Part shown: in pieces, positions 41,106 through 50,473 of the stretch
Numbering within the stretch: the first letter of the stretch is position 1
Layout of the letters: the number at the start of each line of letters is the position of its first letter
Assembly: GCA_021513715.1 (NCBI GenBank)
Contig: CP084167.1
Coordinates: forward strand, 768,001-832,000
Direction of reading: 5' to 3'
DNA length: 64,000 bases
Origin: Candidatus Heimdallarchaeum endolithica
Lineage (GTDB): Archaea; Asgardarchaeota; Heimdallarchaeia; Heimdallarchaeales; Heimdallarchaeaceae
Notes under the pieces: generated by a model
Database searches by the model: none
What the model saw: only the letters and a program-made list of their open reading frames with translations
What the model was told of the DNA's origin: nothing
Translations under genes and position numbers: made by a program

Positions 41106-43202
41106 TTAAACAATTAATCTCAATATCTGATAAACTATTGTAGTTATTAGAGTAGTTAAAAATAGTGGCCATAAAATGCTAAATAAAGACCATTTATAGC
41201 TATTAGTTTCAGATTTCACAGCAGCAATTGTAGCAAAACATGGAGCATAGGTTAACTGAAAAAGAAGAAAAGATATCACTTGTGGCAAAGACCATAAGTT
41301 CAGTAAAACTGTTTTCAGATCTCCAGAAGCGTATATTACTCCTAAGGCAACAATTATTGTTTCTTTGGCTGCAAAGCCAAAAACAAGTGGAGCAATCATC
41401 TCCCAAGATAACCCCATTAAAGGATAAGTAATGAAAGAGAAAACTTTTCCTAAATACCCCAAAATTGTGAATTCTGGAGAAACACCATAAGGCAAGTTAC
41501 TTAGTATCCAAATAAATATAGAAGCGGAAAAAATGAATGTTCCTGCTTTTTTCACAAAAACTCCTGCTCTACTCCATGTTAAATAATAGATATTTTTTAA
41601 GATTGGTTTCCTATATTCTGGCATTTCAAGGATTAAAGGCAATGGTTCTTCTTTTTCCATGAAAAGTCGTAGAATACTTGAAGAAATGAGTGTCAAGAAA
41701 ATACTGAAAGCATACAGCCCCAACATAATTAATGATGCTTTCCAAGGCTCAAAAAATATTCCTGTTATAAAAGCAATAACTCCTAAAGTAGCAGCACAAG
41801 GGATGAAAGAAAGAGAAACTATCATTCTTATTCTATCTTTAGGATTTTTTATTATTCTTGTTGCTAGGATACCTGCAGCATTACAACCAAAACCCATCAC
41901 TATTGAAAGAAAAGCTGTTCCTTGTAGACCAAATTTGTTCATAAATCTATCCATTAAATAAGCAGAACGAGCTAAATAGCCTGAATCTTCCATGATAGCA
42001 ACAAGGGTATAAAAAATTATTATCAAGGGTAGAAACAAAAGAAAAGCACTAATTCCAGCAATAATTCCATCAACTACAAAACTTGTTATTATTTCTGGTG
42101 AACTAGATTGAATCATTAAAGAACGAATATATTCTGCAAATAAATTGAGTAAATAAGACATTCCTTCTATTATTGGAGAAGAAATAGAAAAGGAAATGAA
42201 GAAAAATAAAGCATAAATCAATATCAAAATAGGATATCCAAATATCGGATGCAAGACTATTTTATCAATTTTATCACTTATTGTTTCTTTAAACTCAAGA
42301 TCACCTTTAACTGACTGTGTTACAATAGTATGTAGACCTGAATATTTTGTCTTTGCAATTTCTACTTTAGGATTAATACTTTCTTTTTCTTTTATCTCTT
42401 CTAAAGTTTTGAGCAGAGTCTCTAAGTCAAATTCTTTTGATAACTCACTTCTAGTCCAGTTATCTCCTTCTAACAATTTTATAGCAATCCAGCGTACAGG
42501 ATATTCCTTTAGAACCTTTCTATCAGCTATTTGCTCCGAAATTTTTCTAATTATAGCTTCAATTTTACTTGAATAAAGTATTTTAGCAGGGTGGAAGTCA
42601 TATTTATCAGTATGAATAGCATCATAAATAAATTTCTTGAGTTCAATAAGAGAGGAATCCCTTAAAGCACTAACTAAAATTACAGGTACTCCAAGCAAAC
42701 TCGCCAATTTCTTTCTACTAATTTCTAAATTATGTTTCTCAGCAACATCAATCATATTTACAATAATTGCAACTTTATCAGTTAACTCAAAAGCTTGTAG
42801 TGCCAGATATAGTGTTCTTTCTAGTCTCATTGCGTCAGCAATAACACATACCAAATCAGGTCTTTCTTGCACAATAAATTCTTCAGTTATTATTTCTTCA
42901 TCTGACCTCCCAGAAAGTGAATATGTGCCAGGCAAATCTATAACTGAAAAATATTCATCAGCTAAAATAAAATGACCTTCTTTCTTTTCAACTGTTTTTC
43001 CAGGCCAGTTTCCTATATGTTGATGACTCCCAGTTAATTCATTAAAAAGAGATGATTTTCCTACATTGGGATTTCCCAAAAAACCAATAACATGTTCAAT
43101 TGAATGGTTTTTTGAGGAATAATATTTCTTTCCTTTCCTTTTTTTCAATCTTTTTTTTTTCCTGATATTTCTAAATCTGCCTTGATCATCTGAAGAATGC
43201 AT
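41106..43202 (-). CDS. feoB: Ferrous iron transporter FeoB
   Basis: GNPNVGKS, GNWPGKTVE, DLPGTYSL, EDSGYLAR, GFGCN and LEMPEY. Confidence 0.96.
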   Translation of the reverse strand: MHSSDDQGRFRNIRKKKRLKKRKGKKYYSSKNHSIEHVIGFLGNPNVGKSSLFNELTGSHQHIGNWPGKTVEKKEGHFILADEYFSVIDLPGTYSLSGRSDEEIITEEFIVQERPDLVCVIADAMRLERTLYLALQAFELTDKVAIIVNMIDVAEKHNLEISRKKLASLLGVPVILVSALRDSSLIELKKFIYDAIHTDKYDFHPAKILYSSKIEAIIRKISEQIADRKVLKEYPVRWIAIKLLEGDNWTRSELSKEFDLETLLKTLEEIKEKESINPKVEIAKTKYSGLHTIVTQSVKGDLEFKETISDKIDKIVLHPIFGYPILILIYALFFFISFSISSPIIEGMSYLLNLFAEYIRSLMIQSSSPEIITSFVVDGIIAGISAFLLFLPLIIIFYTLVAIMEDSGYLARSAYLMDRFMNKFGLQGTAFLSIVMGFGCNAAGILATRIIKNPKDRIRMIVSLSFIPCAATLGVIAFITGIFFEPWKASLIMLGLYAFSIFLTLISSSILRLFMEKEEPLPLILEMPEYRKPILKNIYYLTWSRAGVFVKKAGTFIFSASIFIWILSNLPYGVSPEFTILGYLGKVFSFITYPLMGLSWEMIAPLVFGFAAKETIIVALGVIYASGDLKTVLLNLWSLPQVISFLLFQLTYAPCFATIAAVKSETNSYKWSLFSILWPLFLTTLITTIVYQILRLIV

Positions 43203-43227
43203 AGTTTAACACATCTTTTTTATTTAT

Positions 43228-43446
43228 CTATTTAACTAAAATTTTTTGTGCAAGACCACGACCAATTGCTACTCGTGTATTCTTAACTTCTAAAATTATA
43301 GGCCCATAATCGTTCTTTACTACACGGACCTTTTCTCCCTCATGAATTCCTAGATCTGCTAAAAAATTATGTGCTTTAAAGCCAGCATTAATTGAGAAAA
43401 TGTCTACTTTTTCTCCTGCTTTTACATCAATTAACGCTTTAGTCAT
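43228..43446 (-). CDS. feoA: FeoA
   Basis: L.DLGI..G..V...GPI.....RVAIGRGLA.KI.V, upstream of feoB. Confidence 0.93.
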   Translation of the reverse strand: MTKALIDVKAGEKVDIFSINAGFKAHNFLADLGIHEGEKVRVVKNDYGPIILEVKNTRVAIGRGLAQKILVK

Positions 43447-43473
43447 TACTCCTTTATTTATTACAAAGGTTTA

Positions 43474-43500
43474 TAAAATTTTGGTTACCCGAAAATTTTA
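43474..43500. promoter_or_regulatory. Palindromic operator in the feoA promoter (DtxR-like candidate)
   Basis: TAAAATTTT-N9-AAAATTTTA with core TTTGGTTACCCGAA (about TTAGG-N4-CCTAA), abutting the TTTATAAA TATA box. Confidence 0.5.
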
Positions 43501-43648
43501 ATAAATATTTAATTAAATTTGAGAAAAAACATAATATAGACATTAAACAAGTTAATGAGAGATTCAAAAAGATTAATTTTAAGCATAAGAGAAAATTTAG
43601 ATATAAAAAGAAATACTGAAAAAAAATTGTTTAAGAAACAGAATTAAA

Positions 43649-44728
43649 CTAAGATTGACCTACCTTCACAACAGGAACATAAAGAACGATACGTGTGCCT
43701 ACTGTTTTCCCAGAACGGCGAATATTTTCCACTTTTATATTTATCATGTATCGCTCTAACAAAGTTTGAATTACAATAAGATCTAATTTCTTTATTGAAG
43801 GAAATTCGACTAGTGTTTTACTCATTAAATCTCTTTTTTGTTCATCACTTAAAACTGCATCTTCAAAGTGCAAAATAATTGTTGCTTGTTCTTTATTATA
43901 ATCAGGCTCTTCAACCGTTATTTCCACATCAATTTTATGAGAAACCCACTCATAAACTGACAAAATAAGATTTACGAAAATTCTATAATAGTAGTCATCT
44001 CCAGGAATATAAAAATTAGCCATTCTAATTATTTCTATATTTAGTATTGAATAAAAAAATGATTTCAAATATCTTACTGCATGATTAACAGCATCACTAA
44101 TATTTTGATTAGTTAATTCTTCAAAGTCTCGAAGCATTAACATGATATTTATATTTTGGACTAAGTAAATGTTACGGACAGTTAAATCTCTTACTTTTTC
44201 AATTAATTGTAAGGAGGATTCAGTAAGTTCAGAGTTTATTCCTGCTATTTGTTTAAAGAAATCGATAAAACCTATTTCAGCATGTAGTTTATTTAATAAA
44301 TCGTGTTGAAACAATTCATATAGAAATTTTCTTTGCGCATCAGATTGTGCTAGTTCATGGACATCTTTACATATGAAAACAAGATAACTTGCTTTTTCGT
44401 CTCCTATTTTAGTTATTGTTACATCAAATAACCTTATTCCTTGACTTGGTGTATCAAGAGATAATCGCTGGATTGTATATCCTTCCTTCATTACTATTTC
44501 AATTAAGGATTTAAGTTTTCTTGATTCCACACACCAATTGCAAAAGTTTTTTCCCCTAATTTGGTTTAAAGTTGTTCTAAAGTATCTAAGAGTTTTGATA
44601 TTAGCATCAGCAATACTACCTTGTAAATCAGTCAAAAGGATTAAATCTGGGCTATTTTGAAATATTACATCAAAGGTATCTCGAAGGATATCAAACTCTT
44701 CTTTACGAATATCTGAAATATAAAACAC
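43649..44728 (-). CDS. PAS-domain histidine-kinase-like protein with degenerate ATPase domain
   Basis: PAS motif (IFQNSPD.I...D..G.I..AN) and H-box QHDLLN. No DxGxG or GxGL boxes. The start may lie upstream across an A7 run at ~44747-44753. Confidence 0.7.
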   Translation of the reverse strand: MFYISDIRKEEFDILRDTFDVIFQNSPDLILLTDLQGSIADANIKTLRYFRTTLNQIRGKNFCNWCVESRKLKSLIEIVMKEGYTIQRLSLDTPSQGIRLFDVTITKIGDEKASYLVFICKDVHELAQSDAQRKFLYELFQHDLLNKLHAEIGFIDFFKQIAGINSELTESSLQLIEKVRDLTVRNIYLVQNINIMLMLRDFEELTNQNISDAVNHAVRYLKSFFYSILNIEIIRMANFYIPGDDYYYRIFVNLILSVYEWVSHKIDVEITVEEPDYNKEQATIILHFEDAVLSDEQKRDLMSKTLVEFPSIKKLDLIVIQTLLERYMINIKVENIRRSGKTVGTRIVLYVPVVKVGQS

Positions 44729-45008
44729 CTCTTTGAATATACTATCTTTTTTTCATATTTTACTCATTATCAATTTTACTTGTCTATTAATTTAAAAACA
44801 TATCTCTTCTACTTATTAAGAAACAAAAATAAAGTTTTAAACCTCAAATAATAAAGTGTAAACATTTACAAAAAGATATTTTTCTTACTTTTTTTTGAAA
44901 CCTTACTTTGTGAATTACAAATATTATTCTAGCAAAATCAACCCAATAATTATTCAAATTAATAAAAACACTATTTTTTTGCTTAAGAAAATCCTTGAGA
45001 GCTATATT

Positions 45009-46012
45009 AAGCATGTCCAAAAATTAATTTTTATTAATGTGGGGGTTTATGTCGGAAGTATGAATTTCTTTCAGATCATAGACCCCCACAAAGCAAGAGA
45101 ATTCATAATCATTAATGAACCTTTCCTTAAGAAACTGGTGAAAGAGGAACCGAGAGAAAGCAAGAGAGGGAGAAAGAGAATAGCAGAAAGATGGGTGATA
45201 CTGGCTTTAGCAATCATTGCTAGAATAGAAGGGATAGCTTGGAGGAAGTTAGAGGAAAAGTTGTCTTTATGCGATTTTTTGATAGAAGAGGGGTGGATGA
45301 AGAAGATTCCTTCTAAATCTACTTTTCATGCAGTGTGGAGAGCGACAGAAAGTAAAATCTTAGAGCAGTGGATAATAGATTTAGGTAGGGAAATAGTGAG
45401 GAAAAAAGGCTTGAAAGCTATGGCAGTGGATAGTTCAGGGTTTAAAATCCGTCAAGCTTCTGTTTGGCGTTTTCTCAAATGGTCAAGAGGGACACTAAAG
45501 AAAACCTCTAAACTTTTCTGGAAGATACACCTTATAGTTGGTTTACCCTCTCGAGCTATAGTCTCTCTCGCTCATTCTGCTAGTAACACTCACGATAGTA
45601 AAGTCTTCGGTTTACTCTGGCAGAAACTTCCTTCTGCACTCTTGAGACCTTTCTTGCGATTTTATGGAGACTGTGCCTACTGGACAGAAAATATCGTTGG
45701 ACTTCTTAGCCAACATTCCTTTTTTCCTGTTATTCCCCCAAAAAGTAATGCTCGTTATCCCTCTCCTCCTCCCCTCGGACCAATAGTTCAAGCTCATCGT
45801 CTCTACCCTGGTCTGTATCGTCGTAATCATCATCCCGAGTATCGTAGTAGTATTGAACACGTCTTTGGTCTCCTTAAACTCTCTCTTCCCCCAATCCTTG
45901 ATCGTTTACCCTCCACCATCCTCTCTACCTTGTACAGTTCTCTTCTCTGTTACAACTACCTTTTACTCCTTCGGACCGTTTAGTAGGTGAAAAAGAATTT
46001 TTGGACATGCTT
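45009..46012 (+). mobile_element. IS5-family-like insertion sequence (1004 bp)
   Basis: Perfect 17-bp TIRs AAGCATGTCCAAAAATT (45009-45025, 45996-46012) and a 6-bp TSD TATATT (45003-45008, 46013-46018). Confidence 0.92.
45060..45983 (+). CDS. DDE transposase (DDE_Tnp_1, IS5-like)
   Basis: PSKST, AVDSSGF, WKIHL, HDS, GDCAY and YRSSIEHVF. The start must be inside the TIR, so ATG at 45060. Confidence 0.88.
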   Translation: MNFFQIIDPHKAREFIIINEPFLKKLVKEEPRESKRGRKRIAERWVILALAIIARIEGIAWRKLEEKLSLCDFLIEEGWMKKIPSKSTFHAVWRATESKILEQWIIDLGREIVRKKGLKAMAVDSSGFKIRQASVWRFLKWSRGTLKKTSKLFWKIHLIVGLPSRAIVSLAHSASNTHDSKVFGLLWQKLPSALLRPFLRFYGDCAYWTENIVGLLSQHSFFPVIPPKSNARYPSPPPLGPIVQAHRLYPGLYRRNHHPEYRSSIEHVFGLLKLSLPPILDRLPSTILSTLYSSLLCYNYLLLLRTV

Positions 46013-46059
46013 TATATTAACTTAAAATTTTCATTTTACAGAAAATTTATCTAGAAAAA

Positions 46060-46776
46060 CTATTCTGAACTATTGATAAGTATCTTCTTTAGAACTTTTT
46101 CAGCAGCCTTTTTCCTTGCTATTTTTTTCTTTTCACCAACTGCTCTTTCACTTATTACTTCGCGTCCTAAATTTACCTGGCATTCAATTTCAAATTCAGG
46201 TTTGTGTTCTTCTCCTCGTTTTTCAATTAGAACAAATTTAGGCATATCAATCTTATTTTTTTGACAATATTCTTGTAATTCATTTATTGGATTTTGTTCA
46301 CATACAGATTGTTCAAGTAATTTTTCTAAACCTTCTTTAGTTCTACTTTGTTCTTTAATAGTTTCAAACTTTTCCTCAAAGATCATAAATATAAATTTTT
46401 CTGCTTCTTCTGCTCCTTTACTAATATATATTGCTCCACATATTGCTTCAACACAATCTTCAATATCTGAATCTAGTATTTGGTAATCTTGAGCTGTTAA
46501 GATGTATTTTGATAGTTGTAATTTTTTTCCTACTTCTGCAAGAGATTCCGTTCTAACAACAATCGAACGAAGTTTTGTTAAGATTCCTTCTTTTTCACTA
46601 ATATTTTGATATAACCATTTAGCAACAACTAAATCAATGACAGCATCTCCTACAAATTCAAGTCTTTCATAATTGGGAATAGGAGATTGATCGGAGTAAC
46701 TAGGATGTAAAAAAGCTTCAGTAAGTATTTTTTCATCAAGTTTTAGAATTTCTTTGAGGTAAGAAAATATTTCCAT
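46060..46776 (-). CDS. rnc: Ribonuclease III
   Basis: AF.HPS, YERLEFVGDAV, EG.LT.LRS and D.VEA..GAIY, plus a C-terminal dsRBD (NP...LQEYCQ, H.P.F, G..KK.A...AA). Confidence 0.92.
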   Translation of the reverse strand: MEIFSYLKEILKLDEKILTEAFLHPSYSDQSPIPNYERLEFVGDAVIDLVVAKWLYQNISEKEGILTKLRSIVVRTESLAEVGKKLQLSKYILTAQDYQILDSDIEDCVEAICGAIYISKGAEEAEKFIFMIFEEKFETIKEQSRTKEGLEKLLEQSVCEQNPINELQEYCQKNKIDMPKFVLIEKRGEEHKPEFEIECQVNLGREVISERAVGEKKKIARKKAAEKVLKKILINSSE

Positions 46777-46867
46777 AAAAACAGGATTTTTAATACAAAA
46801 AAAAAGGTTTTGCTTAAATCCCAAAATATTTAGAAATTTTTATTTAGTTTAATGTTCCATTATTCTC

Positions 46868-47806
46868 ATGTACAAAATTATTGATACACATATGGACTCA
46901 TTTGTAAGTGGTAATCAATATGCTCCAAGAGATTTTGGAAAAAAAACCAATATAGGACATGTAGACTATTATAGACTCAGGGAAGGAAATGTTGCTGCAG
47001 TTTTTTTTGCAGTCTATCCAGCATACAGTGATTTTCTATTAAACTGGGGTACAAATTTATGGTTTGAAATATTAGAAAATTATTCTGAATATTTTTATCA
47101 AATTAAGAAAGTTGAGAATTTAAAAAAAATACAAAATAGTGAAAAAGTTGGAGCAATATTTCATTTTGAAGGAGCAGGAGGAATAGACTCAGAGTTTAAT
47201 AATTTGAAGAATTTTTATCGGCTAGGATTAAGGAGTATGGGAATAACTTGGTCTAATAGCAACAGATTCGGAACAGGAGTAGGAAAAAATAAAGAAAGAG
47301 GATTGACTGCTGAAGGAAAAGAATTAGTACAAGAAATGAATAGATTAGGGATTATTGTAGATGTTAGCCATTTAAATGAAAAAAGCTTCTGGGATGTTAT
47401 TGAAGTCAGCAATAAACCAGTTATAGCTTCACACAGTAATGCTTGGAAAATTTGTCATCATGACCGTAATTTAAAAGATGATCAGATCGAAGCAATTAAA
47501 GAGTCTGGAGGAACAATAGGGTTAAACCTTTGCATAAGTTTTCTAAAAGAAGGAGCAGAAAAACCTGAAAAAGTTGGGTTCAAACAAATTATTAAGCACA
47601 TTAACTATATTGTGGAAAAAGCTGGAATCGATCATTTAACATTAGGTTCAGATTTTGACGGTGCCCGTGTTCCTGAAGTCATAAAAGATGTAAGTTATTA
47701 TCCCAACTTGTTAAGAATTTTAGAAGAAGAAGGTTTTTCTTCAGAAGATATTGAAAAGATAACACATAAGAACATCGAGAGAGTCATAAAAAAAGTGTGG
47801 AAATAA
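46868..47806 (+). CDS. Membrane dipeptidase family (peptidase M19)
   Basis: DTHMD, EG, DVSH, ASHSN, RNL.D and GSDFDG. Confidence 0.9.
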   Translation: MYKIIDTHMDSFVSGNQYAPRDFGKKTNIGHVDYYRLREGNVAAVFFAVYPAYSDFLLNWGTNLWFEILENYSEYFYQIKKVENLKKIQNSEKVGAIFHFEGAGGIDSEFNNLKNFYRLGLRSMGITWSNSNRFGTGVGKNKERGLTAEGKELVQEMNRLGIIVDVSHLNEKSFWDVIEVSNKPVIASHSNAWKICHHDRNLKDDQIEAIKESGGTIGLNLCISFLKEGAEKPEKVGFKQIIKHINYIVEKAGIDHLTLGSDFDGARVPEVIKDVSYYPNLLRILEEEGFSSEDIEKITHKNIERVIKKVWK

Positions 47807-47808
47807 TT

Positions 47809-48267
47809 CTACTTATTTTCCTCTTTTTTATTTATTTTTATTCTTCTACCAAACCCTTCGTCATCTTCGATTAACAGTCCCTTAGAGAGAAGTTTATCTA
47901 CTCTTTCTCTTATTATTCTTCGAGAAGCAGTACCTCTTTCTTTTCTAACTGCTTCTGTAAGTTGAGATAAATTCATAGATCCTTTTCTTTCTAATGCTTT
48001 AATTATAACTCTGGATATTTCATCATACTTCAAGAAAGGATTCTTTTCAACTATCTTTTGGGTTAAACTTTTTGTTTTCCTATAAACAGAGAAAGGAGCT
48101 TGAGAGAGTTGTAGTGTGTTTACTACAACTTGAAGTAAATTCAAAATATTATCGATATCTTGCCCCTGCTCTTTTAAGCTGTTGACTTGTTGCATAAGTT
48201 CATTTATCTTTTTCTCCATTGCATTTAACTTGTCTTCAATTGGATTGTCATCTGTCAACAGTTTCAC
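47809..48267 (-). CDS. Coiled-coil plus winged-HTH protein
   Basis: N-terminal heptads and C-terminal MNLSQLT...SRRIIRERVDKL...GL. Confidence 0.7.
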   Translation of the reverse strand: MKLLTDDNPIEDKLNAMEKKINELMQQVNSLKEQGQDIDNILNLLQVVVNTLQLSQAPFSVYRKTKSLTQKIVEKNPFLKYDEISRVIIKALERKGSMNLSQLTEAVRKERGTASRRIIRERVDKLLSKGLLIEDDEGFGRRIKINKKEENK

Positions 48268-48274
48268 CTTATAT

Positions 48275-48556
48275 TCAAATGCTTTTATTAATTTCTAAGT
48301 TTCTCAAATTTCTTATTTTAAAGGAACCAGTGATATCTTTATATTGCTTTACCAAGTCTTTTCTTATATTTCTTGGAACATCATAAGATATCAAAGTTCT
48401 TTTTAGTCTAAATATAGCTATCCTTTTTATGAAGAAATTTCGTAGCGAAATATAAACAAGAAAAGGAAGAGAAAAGAGTAGGATCTTAAGAATATAGTAA
48501 ATAGAAACAAGAATTTGACCTACTTTTTTCAGTCGCTGCTTTAGCATCCTAATCAC
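48275..48556 (-). CDS. Small basic membrane-associated hypothetical protein
   Basis: Tightly spaced in an operon, with one hydrophobic helix. Confidence 0.5.
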   Translation of the reverse strand: MIRMLKQRLKKVGQILVSIYYILKILLFSLPFLVYISLRNFFIKRIAIFRLKRTLISYDVPRNIRKDLVKQYKDITGSFKIRNLRNLEINKSI

Positions 48557-48582
48557 AGTTTTTCTTTTATGTCTTTAGAGAC

Positions 48583-48918
48583 TTAATCTTCTTCATCTTC
48601 TTCGATGTGTTTCTCAATTCTTACTTTCTTTCCAGTTTCTGATTTAATAGCATCTCCAATAATATTTATTGAACTAGCATATCTCATTACTATTTCTCTA
48701 ATCATATCTTCAGGTAATCCTTGTTCCTTAAGTTGTTTGTATAGTTGTCCTACACCTTTTCCATATTCTTGAGCTATATCTGCACTATATAAAGAGCTGA
48801 AAATGTTTTTAATTAAAGCTGGGACTTCTGTTGAGACAACAGAAAGTATTTCTTTAACTTCCTCTGCATCAGTATTTCTTTTGCCTTTCTTCATTTCAAA
48901 TTTTTTTTCGTTTTCCAT
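48583..48918 (-). CDS. Helical hypothetical protein
   Basis: ATG at 48918 follows AGGAGGT. Contains LYS...GKGVGQLYKQLKEQGLPE. Confidence 0.65.
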   Translation of the reverse strand: MENEKKFEMKKGKRNTDAEEVKEILSVVSTEVPALIKNIFSSLYSADIAQEYGKGVGQLYKQLKEQGLPEDMIREIVMRYASSINIIGDAIKSETGKKVRIEKHIEEDEED

Positions 48919-49032
48919 AATTATTACCTCCTTTTGTTCTAATAAAATATTATCATTGGTCACTGTTTTTTTACATTTTGAAAAGAAGTGAACAAAAAAT
49001 GGTCAGTTCAGTAAAAAAAAGAATACCTTTCC

Positions 49033-50295
49033 TTAAATCTGTTTTTGTTTTGTTCCAACATGCTTTTTTATAAAAACAAAAAGAGCTATAGAAAAAATGA
49101 ACGCAACGATTGAAATATAGAAACTTATTTTTAACATAGAAATTATAATCAAACTTTTATCAGCAACTATTCCCAAAAGTATCACTCCTGCAATTATACC
49201 TAATATTCCTATAGAGTTAAAAATTCCATAAGCTGTAGCTCTTCTTTTTTCATTAGATAAGGATGTAACTATCCAATAAAATGATATGTTATAAATAGGA
49301 TACATCGGTACACTGTATAGTATTAAGTTCAATACTGAATTATAGGGATTGAAAGTCATAATTCCAAAAATTACTACTTGGATTAATGAAAAAATCATAA
49401 TCAAAATAGCATTTTTAAAATCAGTTTTCACTTTTCCTAAAAGATAAGAGACAAAAATACCTAATATAGTTACAACAACAAGAAAGTTTGAATAGACCCT
49501 GGCTTTGATTTCTAGAAAGTCTATAAAGTATAGTGTATTAAAAGACCAAAATCCTCCAGAAGCTGCTTGAAAAACAAAACTTAAGGCAATAAAGATAACA
49601 AAAGGAGTAACAAATTCAGTAATTTTTTCTTTGTCTTTTAAGGAGTTAACATCTGTTTTTTCTTTTTCTTGCTCTTGTTCTTTATATTCTTTGACAAACA
49701 ATACAATCAGTAGAGAAATTAAACAAGAAATAGAAGCTATGCTCATTTGGATTTTGTAAGAATTATCCATTGTATCAAAAATCTTCCCTGCAATAGGACT
49801 CATAATCAACCATGATAAACTCATTACAATTGATATCTTACTTAATACTACTTCCTTTGTCTTTTTTGTGCTTTTTGTAGCTAATGCGTAGATATTTCCA
49901 GTTTGTGCTGAACCAAACAAAAAGCCAATGAAAATTACAATTAGAAAAAAGGTAGAAGAGTTAGAAAAAACAAGAGAAAAATACATTAAAGACAAAGACC
50001 CTATTCCTAAAAGAACAAATTTTTTTGGTTGAAAAATGTCAGCTAATCTTCCCCATATTGGCGTTCCAACAACGATCATTGCATTAGTTATAATACTAAT
50101 AGCTCCTAAAGCTAAATAACTGTTAACACTAAATATCTCTTTTAAGTAAACAGGAGCATAAGGTGAAAAGTTAGCAAACGAAAGAGAAGTAAAGAATATC
50201 GCTAACAAGATTAAAATCTCATTTCTCTCAAAGTGGTAAATAGGGTAATCTTTTTTCTTCTCTTCACCACTAGAAGAAGAAGTTAGCGATTCCAT
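49033..50295 (-). CDS. MFS transporter
   Basis: About 12 TM helices, WGRLAD motif A and RRATAYG. Confidence 0.88.
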   Translation of the reverse strand: MESLTSSSSGEEKKKDYPIYHFERNEILILLAIFFTSLSFANFSPYAPVYLKEIFSVNSYLALGAISIITNAMIVVGTPIWGRLADIFQPKKFVLLGIGSLSLMYFSLVFSNSSTFFLIVIFIGFLFGSAQTGNIYALATKSTKKTKEVVLSKISIVMSLSWLIMSPIAGKIFDTMDNSYKIQMSIASISCLISLLIVLFVKEYKEQEQEKEKTDVNSLKDKEKITEFVTPFVIFIALSFVFQAASGGFWSFNTLYFIDFLEIKARVYSNFLVVVTILGIFVSYLLGKVKTDFKNAILIMIFSLIQVVIFGIMTFNPYNSVLNLILYSVPMYPIYNISFYWIVTSLSNEKRRATAYGIFNSIGILGIIAGVILLGIVADKSLIIISMLKISFYISIVAFIFSIALFVFIKKHVGTKQKQI

Positions 50296-50473
50296 AAAGG
50301 CAAGATTAACTGATTAATATTAACTTTTCTAAGCAAAATTGAACGCAATTAAAATACATATTGATTAAGTCTAAAACTTTTTAACTTTTTTAGAAATAAC
50401 TGATCACTTTCAAGTTGTAGCGAAAAATTGATATTCTTGTTTTTTTTATATGAGATTGAGTGTTTGATTATAA

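Noticed and set aside
44895-45059. N-terminal 55 aa of the 362-aa transposase ORF
   Set aside because: It starts outside the left TIR (45009), so it is a chance open frame. The real start is 45060.
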